From assembly GCA_016926735.1 (NCBI GenBank), contig JAFGOA010000110.1:2682-66681 (forward strand): a DNA stretch of 64,000 nt, in the 5' to 3' direction. Under the pieces are notes generated by a model. It was not told the DNA's origin. It worked only from the letters and a program-made list of their open reading frames with translations, and ran no database searches. The position numbers and the translations under genes were made by a program. This document shows, piece by piece, positions 10,641 through 23,500 of this stretch; position 1 is the first letter of the stretch, and the number at the start of each line of letters is the position of its first letter. Source of the DNA: Promethearchaeota archaeon. Lineage in GTDB: Archaea > Asgardarchaeota > Lokiarchaeia > Sigyniarchaeales > SOKP01.

Positions 10641-11337
10641 AAAGGTGGAGAGATTTCTTAGTATGTCATCATTTTTAAACAATAAAAAAGAAATTATAAT
10701 GAACTATATTCAAAAATATATAGAGAAGGGAAGAAGTGTTGATTTTGACAAATTAATTCATTTTATAAGAAATAAATGTGCTAAAAACTCAATAAATATA
10801 AATAATCAAGGAATAAAATTAATTCTCAAATTACTTTTACAGGAAAGGATTATAGTCAATAGATCTACCTTATACAGGAATGAAATTTTAGAGAATCAAA
10901 ATAGAAAACAAATTTATGAAATTATTGTGAAAAATCCAGGTATTTATTTTTATAGAATTATAAAAGATTCAAATCTTAGTAATCGTATAGTAGCATGGCA
11001 TATCAATATATTACTTAAATTTAACTTTATAAGTAAAGAGAACATAGATAATCATGATGTCTATTTTGATAGTAATATGATTTTTCCAAATAAAGAATTA
11101 ATGTATTTATTAAAAAAGAAAAAATGTAATAGAATTTTACATAAATTGAATAAAGAAGGAGGATTAACCAAAACAAAACTCTCAAAAGATCTCAAAACTC
11201 ATTATAATATTATTTCTAAATATATTGATAAACTTGATGATATTGGGGTATTAATTAAAGAGAACTATCAAAATAAAACCATTTTTCATATCAATGAAAA
11301 GATAAAAGATAAAATCATTTTCTTTCTGGAGAGTTAA
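10633..11337 (+). CDS. Multi-winged-helix transcriptional regulator
   Basis: NRKQIYEIIVKNPGIYF...WHINILLKF and a second HTH; overlaps the upstream stop; paralogous to 25187..25906. Confidence 0.8.
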   Translation: MNKKVERFLSMSSFLNNKKEIIMNYIQKYIEKGRSVDFDKLIHFIRNKCAKNSININNQGIKLILKLLLQERIIVNRSTLYRNEILENQNRKQIYEIIVKNPGIYFYRIIKDSNLSNRIVAWHINILLKFNFISKENIDNHDVYFDSNMIFPNKELMYLLKKKKCNRILHKLNKEGGLTKTKLSKDLKTHYNIISKYIDKLDDIGVLIKENYQNKTIFHINEKIKDKIIFFLES

Positions 11338-11504
11338 TATTTTTATAGTAAAATACATAATATATCAGTTAGAGTGAAAGAATGTTAAAAACGTAATAAT
11401 TCCATATCGAAGACTTCAGGTCAAGAGTCAAATTATAAAAAATAAAAAAAAAAACCTGTCTAGAAAACTAGAACAGAATATTAATTATTATTGATAAAAA
11501 GCTA

Positions 11505-14500
11505 TTATACGATATCAGCATCTTTGTTATCATTAATTCTCCCGGTTATAAAAAAGACTATACAAAAAAGGAATAAAATTCCAGCAAATATAAATCCTTC
11601 CTTTCTATTTCTATTATCATTATTATTCTTTTGAGTTTTTTTCGGATCAGGAGGATCGGTAAATTCCATACCAGCAAGAATGACTCCAAAACCTTTTGAG
11701 ATAATTGAGAATAATGAAGCTAACATTTGAACAATTGCATTATCTGTAGAAAATATATCTTCAAAAAAATCTAAAAAACTACCTACTAAGATAAAAAGTA
11801 CTGTCTTTATCAAAGGTGCAGCTACTAAATCTGATTTTTTTGTTCCAATATACATACCAATACTAAATGAAATAAACATAATAAGAAAAGCAAATGCAGA
11901 ATTATAACATGCTTCTGAGGGATTTTTTTCATTATTAATAATATGTATTAAAGTACCGATACTTATCGCAATAAGGCCAGTACATATACTCCAATAGGTA
12001 ATAGAAGGCCATCGACAAGGATTATCTGTAGGATGATACTTAATCTGCGTAAGATTAGAGATGAATGCAATAGTAGTAGCAAGAGCTGAGATAAGTAAAC
12101 AAAAACTCGATAAATAGGGTGATTCTAGTTTATATAAATCATTAACAATTACTGTTTTTTCATCAGTTGTATAGATATTATTATCATATTGATCTCTAAG
12201 AGAAATATTCCACTTATACAGATTTTCTCTACTGAATTGAATTGTTTTTTCATAATATTTTTTATCTATACTATTCATCTCAAATTCATATAATTTCTTA
12301 TCTTGATCCCATATTTTTAGAATTATATTAGGTTCTACACTATCCGGTAAAATATCAGCACCTTTATAATTTACAGAATATACAATTTTATCATAAGTTG
12401 TACATTTATCTTTTGAAATTTCTACATTAGAGAAACATCTGTTTAAGTCTTCTCCATAAGTTAGAATGGGTCCTTGTTTTATTTCAGTACTATATAACTC
12501 TATAATCTCACTTTCATTTTTGAGAATCATTTTATAACTATGAATACCAGTGTGATATAGCTCTATGTCTCTATAATAATGAGATCCATCATCTGTTTGC
12601 ATTTCAACTTCTGTTTCAATACCCCTCGGGGAAGTTATTTTTATAGTGATGTCTGGGATTAGATTTGGTAAATTTACTGGATCATCAACAAAATCAACAG
12701 AAAATCTAAATTTATCTCCAGGTACTCCTGTTATTTTATCGACTTCACTATGTACTAAATATTCTGTATTTATTTCAGAATTCTTTATAGAGTTAGCTCT
12801 ATCTTCTACTATAGTTATATCATTAAGAATTTGAGACTTATTTGATTGTGAATCAGTTGTTGATTTGGTTAAATTATTTGAAGAATCTAAAAGAACAACT
12901 CCTCCTAAATCGTTTAATTCCATGTTATTAATCTGATCTTTGAGTATAATACCTTTCTCTGAATTCATTATTAAAGTACCAAAAGTATATTCTGAGACTA
13001 GAATTGGAATTGACATATTATAGTATTTAATTTCAATCCATTCAATCCAAGCTTTTAATTTTATTAATGAACCAAGAATTTCAAATTCAATAGACAAAAA
13101 TCCAATACTTGGAAATTTACCTGTGATAGGAACAAGTAATAGAGAAATAGCTAGGAATAGTATAAATGTTTGTATAAATGCAATTATATCAAGAGCTAAC
13201 GTAATATAAGCTAAAATTAATATTGCCGCTCGAATAAGAATCCACATTAAGTCTCCTAAATTAGATAATATTTCCATTGCAATATCTACTATTGCTTTAA
13301 TAATATGTTCAATAATTTGAGCAACTGCTTGTACAAAAGAAATAATAAGATTTCCAAGATTTTCTAGATTCTGAAGAATAGATTCCCATAGATTTTTAGG
13401 AGCATCTCCTTGTGGACTATTTTGATATAGTTCACCATTATAAGGTGAAATTCCTAGTACATCATTATTTACATTCATTTGTTCGATTGCAATATTATTG
13501 TATTTAGTTGAGATATACGTATTAAGAAGAGCAGTTTCACTGGTAGTATCATTAATGAGAACTTCTCTAAGTAAATTTAGTATCTCTAGAGCTTGTGCTG
13601 CAGTTAAGTCTTCTTGAATAACAACAAAATCAATATTTTCACAAGCAATATTTGATTCTCCAGAATCATCTCGTTCTATACTTGAAAATTCACATTCGGC
13701 TAAAGGAGTTGTGCTCAATTCTTCTTTTTGGAATTTAGCATTCAATTTTGTTTTCTCAAAGATTCTTGTAGGAATTAGTACTGTATTTAATCCTTTTACA
13801 AAAGGATTACCATATCCAATTGGTTCATCTTTAACATGTAATATTAAGACATTCATTTTTTCTTGACTTTCATAATGACCGCTAAAAGTCGAATTCTCTT
13901 CAAAAACAGCGATTGTATTAATTCTATTTAGTGGTATCGTTGAAACTTTAACATATAGTTTCCCAAAATTATAAGATGTCTCTGAATTTGGTTGTACAGT
14001 ATATCTACTATTCCATTCTCCTATTTTTGTATCAGGTAATTCAATTTTTATTGATCTGATAATCTCGATTATCTTATATACAATCTCAACAAGCCAACCA
14101 AATAAAAAATCTAAAATTTTGTTTTCAATCTTTATCTTTTTATATTGGATAATCTCTCTAAAATCAATATGATGCATATCATAGAGATAAAAGTTAAGAT
14201 CAATAGTTTTTCGATTATCATCAATATCAATATAGTATTGTCGTTGTAGGGTATTACTATTTATAGTATAAGGAGTCCAAATTGTTAAATCATTTCCTTG
14301 ATGTTTCAAATTAACACCTGCTTCGAGATGTGAACCACCATAGGCTTCACGGAAATCAATTTTAAGGATTACATTATGTAGTGGATCTACATCTTTATCA
14401 TCCCATACACCATCTCCATCTGTATCTTCGGATTGAGGATTATAACCATGTTCGATTTCATAACTATCAGAAAATCCATCTTTATCAGTACTCCATCTAG

Positions 14501-17500
14501 CAGGATCAGTAATCCACGCGGACCAATCATTAATACCCGCATAAATCCATGTGTTTATATCAAGAGAAAATTTAGAGATTGTGAAATTATCCGTTTTACT
14601 TTCTGTATTTATAAGAATTCTTAAAATATATTTTCCATAATATTCAGAAATAGCTCGACTGTTTAATAGATTCTTAAGGTTTAATTCAATATTATAATTA
14701 TAAACTTCATCAACAAGCAAGGGTTTATTGAATTCAGAAATAAGAACGGGGTCCTCAATCCTATTATCAATTTCATCCTTTACTAGTTCTATTGTAATAT
14801 CTCCGGATTCTGTCAAATGTTGTTCAGAGATAATTTCAAGGTCTAATAAGGCATCATCTACTATTCCAATTGATGGAATTTCAAGAATTATTTCATTATA
14901 ATATGGTTCTTCAGTACTATTTGTTGTAGTTAGATTATTAAGATACTTACTGCTAAAATCGATAGTATCCCAACCTTTAACAACCATTTGAGTCTCAACA
15001 CCATCTAATAAACCATCATTATCAAAATCACTATCATTTGGATCAAGATATCTAATAACTTCAATATTAAAATCTTCCAGCATGCATTTTGCGTTATAAT
15101 TATTTATCTCAATGTAATATCTTCCATAGTAATTGACATTTGTTGCGTTTTCAATAAGATCTTTAATATCTATTACTTGAGAAACATATCTTTCATTAAA
15201 TGAATAATTTTCATAGAGAATGAGGTTATCTTTCTTTATCTTAATTTTAAGATTTGGTATTGAATGATCACTAAAGCCATAATCCATAGTATCAGAGGAG
15301 CCATATTCTCCAAATGCAAGAGTAAAAGAAATTTGAGCTCCAATTGCTTCTTGAATTTGTTGATCAAAATGGATATAAATAGCTTGTGTAAATTCGACTC
15401 TTTCTGAACCAATGTATTTATTATTTGAATAATATTTTTTATTTGTCTTAGAAGTCATTATTTCAGAAGTATCTGAAAGTAAATCATGATCACTATCTTG
15501 AGATAATGGATTTGTTTTGAAATACCATCCATTTACTTCTTCACCATCACTCAATCCATCACCATCTGTATCAGCAACATCTAATGCAGTTCCTAAAGTA
15601 TATTCTTCAAAATCACTTAATCCATCGTTATCATAATCATAAGAAACAGGATAAGGATCAATTGTATCAGGGAATCCATCATTATCAGTATCGGAATTTT
15701 TTGGATCATATTTTAGCATATATTCTTCAAAATCAGATAATCCGTCTCCGTCAGTATCCTCTTCTTTAGGGTGAGAATAAACATGAACATCTAAAGAATT
15801 AATACTGATATTCCATCCATACACCTCAACACCATCGAGTAATCCATCACTATCAGTATCATCATTATTCTGATAGGTTCCATAAGTAAATTCACCTAAA
15901 CCTGTAGAAGGATCAATACCATCGTAGAGACCATCATTATCAGAATCTGGATTGGTTGGATCGGTAGGGAACACATTATCCTCAAGAATATCACTTATCC
16001 CATCGCCATCATCATCAGGAGCATCAAGAGGATTATCTATTCCATTTTCTCTCAATTGAGCTTCAAGTTCATCCGAAAAAGTATTCCCATTAGTATCAAT
16101 AAATGAATTAATATAAAAATCACATGTAGAGGCTCTATTATATTTATCTGTTGCTATTATTTGTCCCATATACATAATTGTATTCATACATACAAAAGTA
16201 ACTACTCCTGTTTTTGTACCATACCATATTATTCCATTTAATTGATCTAAATCATCATTTAGAATAGTCCATTCATAAGTGAAATCATTCTCCAAATACG
16301 AATCATACACATACACATGTAAATTAATTGAATTTCCTCGTGCTCCATGATACATATAAGAGCATGCATATGCGACTGGAGGAATATCTTCAATCTCTAT
16401 ATCGAAATCAATTATATTAGACATTCCTGAGGAATCAATTACTTTTAAGGAATATGTATAATTTCCACAGTCCAAGAAAATAACAGGTTTCTGATCATAT
16501 GAAAATGGATTTTTTCCATCTAACTCATCTTTTGGAACATTATACCATTCATATTGAAGATCCATCTCATCAAAGAAGGAATCTGAGACATCTATATTTA
16601 AAACAACTGCTTGTCCCTGAATCCCTGAAAATGTATAGGGTCCTGTAATTTCAGGAGCTTCTTCCTCAATTGTAATGGTATAATTATCAGTATATGAATT
16701 TCCAAAGCTATCTACTATTTTTAATGTTATGTTATATGTTCCTGCGATGTTCCAAGCATGAAGTGGGTTCTGTTCATAGGCATAATTACCATCACCAAAA
16801 GACCATTCAAATCGAGTTTCTTCAGCATATTTACCATAAAAGAATAGTTCAGAAGTTAACTGAATCTCCTCATCCTCAACAACTTCAGATTTTATAAAAC
16901 CAATTTTGGCATATGGTGGCATATCTAAGATTGTGATCTTACCACCTTTTCTAATGACACTATTTCCATCATCTGCAGTGATAATCACTAGATAGTCACC
17001 ATTTCTTGTAAAATTGGTTAAGCCATAATATACCCACTCATATTCATTGGATAAAAAGCCAAGAGATATAAAATCTCCAGAATTCATTGTATCTCCAAAT
17101 TGTCCCCATACTTCAGATATCTTATATATCATTGTAATATTCTCAACATAAAGCTTGAAAATATCCTCAGATGCACCTTCAAATCGAATTGTAAAAAGAC
17201 CAGCTGAATTAATGAAATCCGTTGAATTAACAATATAGTAATCTTCTGTGATTATATCTTCATAGATTAACATGTCATCTTTAATTAAAGACCAGCTATT
17301 TTCAGAATAATTATACAAAAAAATGTCAATATATTGAGTTAGATTTGAACTGAAAGAAAATTGAAGTATTCCTACTTGGAACTTTCTATATTGATCTAAA
17401 TCCTTTAATTTAAGAACAAAATCAATATAATTATCTGAAATTATGTACGTTGCGTATGGTTCTGAATCTTTTAATAGATTAAGTTCACTATATTTAATAT

Positions 17501-20500
17501 TATCACTGAGTATATAATGTGGTAAATATTCATAATCAATTCTAAATAAATCTAAATCCATTGAAAAAGGACTTATTTGATTGACTAATTCGAATTTGAT
17601 TAGAATTTCATTATTTAAATATAAATCGGATTGATTAATATCAAAGTTATAGGAGAAATCTGAGAACTCAATAGCTAAGAAAGTATCAATAAAAATCCAT
17701 TCATTTGAAGTGAAATTAAAAATGCTGAACTCCATATTTTGAGAGATATTGGTTCGGAAACTGAATAGACAACTAATTGAATCTATTTTATCATCAATTA
17801 AAGCATTATTAAGTGAAAATCCAGTTACATAGGATAAATTATACATATTTGTTTCTGTGTTATACGTTGAATTAAATATAGCATAATCATTATCCTTTGT
17901 ACTCAAATCACCTATCGCATATTCTAATCCCTCTTGTATGTAAATATCTCCATCTTCCTGGTTAGCAATATCAAATCCCTTGAATATAATCCTTTCAGAT
18001 TTATAATTTAAGATTCTTGAAGAGCTATACATGAGTTGGAGTTTATCTAAAAAGAAGTGGAAACTGTTTGTATCATTTAGAATCTCAAATCGTATATAAA
18101 TACGATTATCTATATCAAGATATCCTTGTTCAGGAATTGTATAACTAAAATGATAATAATCATTACTTATTAATGTAGATTCGATTAATTCCCAACTATT
18201 TTGATTGAAATTATAGATACTTATATTTACAATTTGAGAAGAATCAAGTTTCATATCTGCATTTAATTGAATGTAATTTCGAATCTGTTCATCTTGGAGA
18301 TCATCAAGATCAAGATATGAGGTAAAATCTAAATAATAATCTGATTCTCTGATATTTCTCATTGTAAAATTATCAAAAGATATGTTCTTATTAAAGAAAT
18401 CCAAAGAAGCAGTTGATCTATGATATAATCCAGTATGAGTTGGATTGATTTCAAGATTATCAATAATTTCCAATATATTCCAATTTTGATTATCAATGCT
18501 ATATTCAAAATAAAATCTATTATTCATTTTTCTTATTTTTAAATAAGTAGCATCTGAAGGACTTTCAATTACATCTATTTTATGACCGTTAACAATCTTT
18601 GATAATCTCATTGTTTCTTCATTAGACGCACCAAATAACCATACATTCTTCTCATTCTCATATAGTAATAATCCATAATTATGAAATCCAATTTGATCAT
18701 AATATGGATTTACTATTTCAACCATTACTTCCCAATTCTCCGTGGAAAAGAGAGAAAGAGGAATAGTACTATAGGGGGCATAAGCAGAGAAGAATATTGA
18801 CCAATCTTCCCAAATACCAAATTGATTAGTTTGTATATTAAGATATCCATTTTTTTCACTTATTAGACCAAATTTTATTATATGATCTTGCCAATTTGGA
18901 TCCCGAACACCATCATTAAAATCATCGAAAAATACAATATCTTCTGTAAAGGAGTGATCTGTGCTAAATTCAACATATTCATTATCATTATATTGTAAAT
19001 CCCCAAAAGTATTACAAATGCTACCATTTCTTATTGCAATATCTGTTGGTATAGAAGGAATATCATCCTCAATAATCTCTTGAATAATTGAAGTTTTTTC
19101 TGATTCTAATTGATCAAAATCGCTTACTTTTACAATAAAGCTAACTTCTGTATTAATAGTATCATTGTTAGGAATTGCGATCTCAAGTGAAGGTGAAAGG
19201 TTTTCAAATTCAAATATTGAATCAAACTTTATAATTTGAGTATTAGAACCATTATCATCATCTTGAGCATATGCATTGATTCTATTTGTGCCTACATTAT
19301 AATTGATGATATTAAGATTCTCTAGATTCATTGTCTCTATAAGAAATTCTTCTATATTAAAAATAGGATATATATCAAATGAAAAGTCAATTTGAGTTGG
19401 AAAGTCATTTTCATAGAAATTATTTTCATATACTTTCTGATTGGCTCTAATTTCAAAATATTTTTTCCCTTCTTCTTCAAATAATCTATAGGTTAAGGAA
19501 ACAGGTCCTAATTCTTTAGAAATTGTAATTGTTTCTGAGCAGGGGATAAAATTTGAACAACTTATCTCAACAAGCATTGTAGCATAATAGTTAATATCTA
19601 TAGTAATATCATCTGTACTTGGATCGAAAATATTTGCTAGCATAGTGATTGGATATTTAAAAGTATTATCAATCACATTTACCCAATATGGATTAAGATT
19701 TATTGATAAATCAACAGATTCTTCTCCATAGATCTTTCCTGATGTTATTGTTAATTGTTGTCCATCAAGAAATTCTAGATGGATATTAACTCTAAACCAA
19801 GAGAATTCGGGTAAATTTCCATCAGATAAAACATTAACTCTCCAATTATTTGATAAAGACATCATAGTTTCAACAGCAGTACTAGAAACAGATAATCCAT
19901 TTGTTTGATTTAACGATAATTCTTTTTTATATGCAAATAAATTATCAGCTACTAACTCAAAACTAAAATTTGCATGTTTATCAACATCACTTCGTACTAC
20001 TTCAAAGGATATATTTGAGATAATATACGCATCATAAATACTTATGAGAGGATCTACATTTTTAACTAATATTCTTCTTAAATCATAGTTATAATCTCCT
20101 TCTGAATCTTTGACCATAACTCCTAATTTACCAGAATAATCATCTTCATATAGATGAGATTGGCGCCATCCTCCTAGTATACTATCATCAAACGCATATA
20201 TAGAGTCTTCGGTTGTTTCAAATGACCAGTAATAATCCAAACTTGCAAAATCTGTAATATCATCCCAACTCTCTGCATTAAAGAAGATTGTTTCACCTTC
20301 ATTAATACAAAGAGATTCGAAAGAATTTCCAATCTCAATTTCAGGATAAGTATTATATATCTTTACTATTTGAGTAAAAGAGGTAGTTACTCCATTATTA
20401 TCTTTACAAATAAGAGTAATATTATAATTTCCTGAAGTTAAATAGTTATGAGAAATATATTTTCCATATCCGGAAGAATTATCTCCAAAATCCCAAAAGT

Positions 20501-23500
20501 ATTGTAATGAATCATAATCACTAATAGTATCTGTTGAATCTGCAGCTGAAAATTGAATATTTGTTTTTTCAGGATAAACAACATATGATATTTGGTTTTC
20601 ACCTAAATTGTAATTTTTATCCCAACTGTATCCAATTGCATCGAGTAGAAAAGTTCCTTTATTTTCTTTAAACGTTTCGAATCTTAATCTATCAATACCA
20701 TTAAATTCAACATTTTCTAAGACTATATATTCTGAATTGTTTACAGATATTTGAAAATGATTCAATGTACCATCAAAATTGATTTTTACAGGACACCATT
20801 GATATTCATTCGGAAGCTCAAGACCATTTATAGAGGATGATGTTATACCATCTAAAGAATATCTCCATTCATTATTATCTATGAATAATTTGAAGATTGT
20901 GCTTGTTCCTTCAAAAAAATTCAAAGACCATACAGAAGTAGAGACATTTGATGTTTGAAACCAAAATTCTAATGTTCCTTCATTTTGATATTCAATCTCG
21001 TTCTCCATCCATAAATTATTTAATGAACTTCTATCGCAAATTTGTATAACTTTTCCAAAATCATCTCCTGCATCAATATAAGATATATCTGAATGAATAC
21101 CATCAAAGAAATTTATTTCTTCCATGATAATCATCTCACCTCTTTCGAGTAATCCCCTTATCTCTATAGAACTCATATATATATCCTCTCTAATAGAAAG
21201 TGTGATTTTCTGTCTATTGAAGTTTGTATTTCCTTCTGGTGAGATAATATAATAATCTCTAATTCCAACGGGATCTACTACAACAAGACTTATTTCATGA
21301 GAAGAGCTTGTTATAAAATCAAACTCAATCTTAACACCTTTTCTTAAATATAAATCTTGAGATATTTCTGGTTCTATTATCAGTAATTGATCTGATTTTT
21401 CGCCTGCTACATAATGATATGTATTAGATGTTTTTTCAAATGTAATTGAATCAATCAATAAATATTCCTTATCGTAAAATACACCACCAATTTCAATATA
21501 ATCTATATAAATATCCTCTGAAATTGTAAAGGAAAGAGAATCCCAAGTTGGTGATACTTGGTTTAAATTAATAGATGTTGCCATTGGTGTTCCAGGTTCA
21601 ATAAGATCATAAGTTAATGCATTTCCATTAAAATCATACAGTTTTAATGTCAAAACATTTGATGTCCTTGAATCATATTTGATATTTATTTTATCTCCAT
21701 AATGAAGATAAGTATAGAGATTATTTGGAGACCGTAATCTTAATGTTTCAGTTTTATTAGTTTGGATATATATATATCCTTTCTCATTATTTTGATGTAT
21801 CTTAGAAATATTCATAGTATTATATATTAAAACTCCAAAATAATTGATACAATAAAGATGATCTTGATGAAATTTAATCCCTGAGATCTCTCGATCTGGA
21901 ATATTTGGATTCAGGGGATCAAGAGAGTATATGAAAACCTCCATTTGATCATTCACACCATCTTGATCTGTATCAGGATTATTCGGATCAGTATAATATA
22001 TATTAATTTCATCAATATCAGATAATTTATCTCCATCATTATCAGGCATAGTTAGATCATAAGGAGAACTATTTGGATCTAAAGGATTTGTACCTTGATA
22101 ATATTCTACAGAATCAAAAAATCCATCACCATCAGTATCAGGATTGTTTGGATCTGTTCTAGTATAACTAATTTCATAAAAATCCGTTAAATAATCAAAA
22201 TCACTATCACCAGTAAAACTTGAAGGATAAAATGATGATTCAATAAAATTCCAATTTTCATCATATTTAAGTATGTTATATGAACCTGTTTTATTTAAAA
22301 TATACCAGTATCCATCATAATAATCGAAATCATTTGTTATATCTGATTTTTTAATAATTTCTCCTAAATTATATGTTTCTATACAATGAGAAAAATCGGT
22401 TGTCCATTTGTATACTGTTTGATACCAATTAGACTCATCACCACTAACACCTAAAATATAACAGTAACCATCATGAAAACATAAAGCAGAAGGGTAATTT
22501 TCAATGGGACCATTTCCAATATCATTGATATCATAATAAATATTAGTATCTACCCAATTAAAATCATAAATATAGATACGATCATTATCAGTACAAAGAG
22601 CATACCAATAACCATCATAAAACCAAATATCTTCGAACAAAGCATCATCTCGGTAAATATTATAATGTTCTATATACTGTCCTCCTTTTTCGGGGTATTT
22701 AAAAATCATTTGACCACCAACTCCATAATGACAAAATATATACCAATAATCATCGTAAAAGAATGCACTTTTATACAAACCATCATTAACTCCCGAACAT
22801 AATTGACCAACATAACCTCCAAATTGATCTAAAGTATAATTTTCTTGTAGATAATTATATAATTCACCATGGAAGACAGTATTTTCATTATTATAAAGAT
22901 AATATTCTCTATCTCCTGAATCGAATTCCTCTCTATAGAGATAATTACTTAGATCTGGAGAAACGGGTGTTTCATGGTATATTTGGACCTCTTTTAATGA
23001 CATTATATCTGTATAAAAATATTGAATTAGTATTTGATTAACCTCTAAATCTTTATCTAATGTCATTGTTAGCGGTTGTGGAAGTACACCACTACTTTTG
23101 TAATTATAATAAAGATTGTATATATTAGAATAATCTACACCATTAAATTGTACCCGTATAACAATATAATACCCCTGATAACTTTCGTAGTTCGCTTGAT
23201 AATCACATTTTATAGAGAATGTATCATTTTCTTTTAATGATAAACCAAGATTTTCTGGACTTGCAATGACGTAATATCCTTCGCCTCCATGATATACCCA
23301 GTTATTTATAATGTCTTCACTATCTTGATAATATCGGAATTCTTTGTGGATGTAATCTTCTGTAAAGAAAGGGTTGGTTTCAAAGTCAGAGGCTACATCA
23401 TCATTATAAACTTCCCATCCATTTGGTTGGGATCCTATAATTCCTTCCCTCCAGTCGTAAGTTCCATAATATTCAGGTGAATATACATCAAAATTATCAC

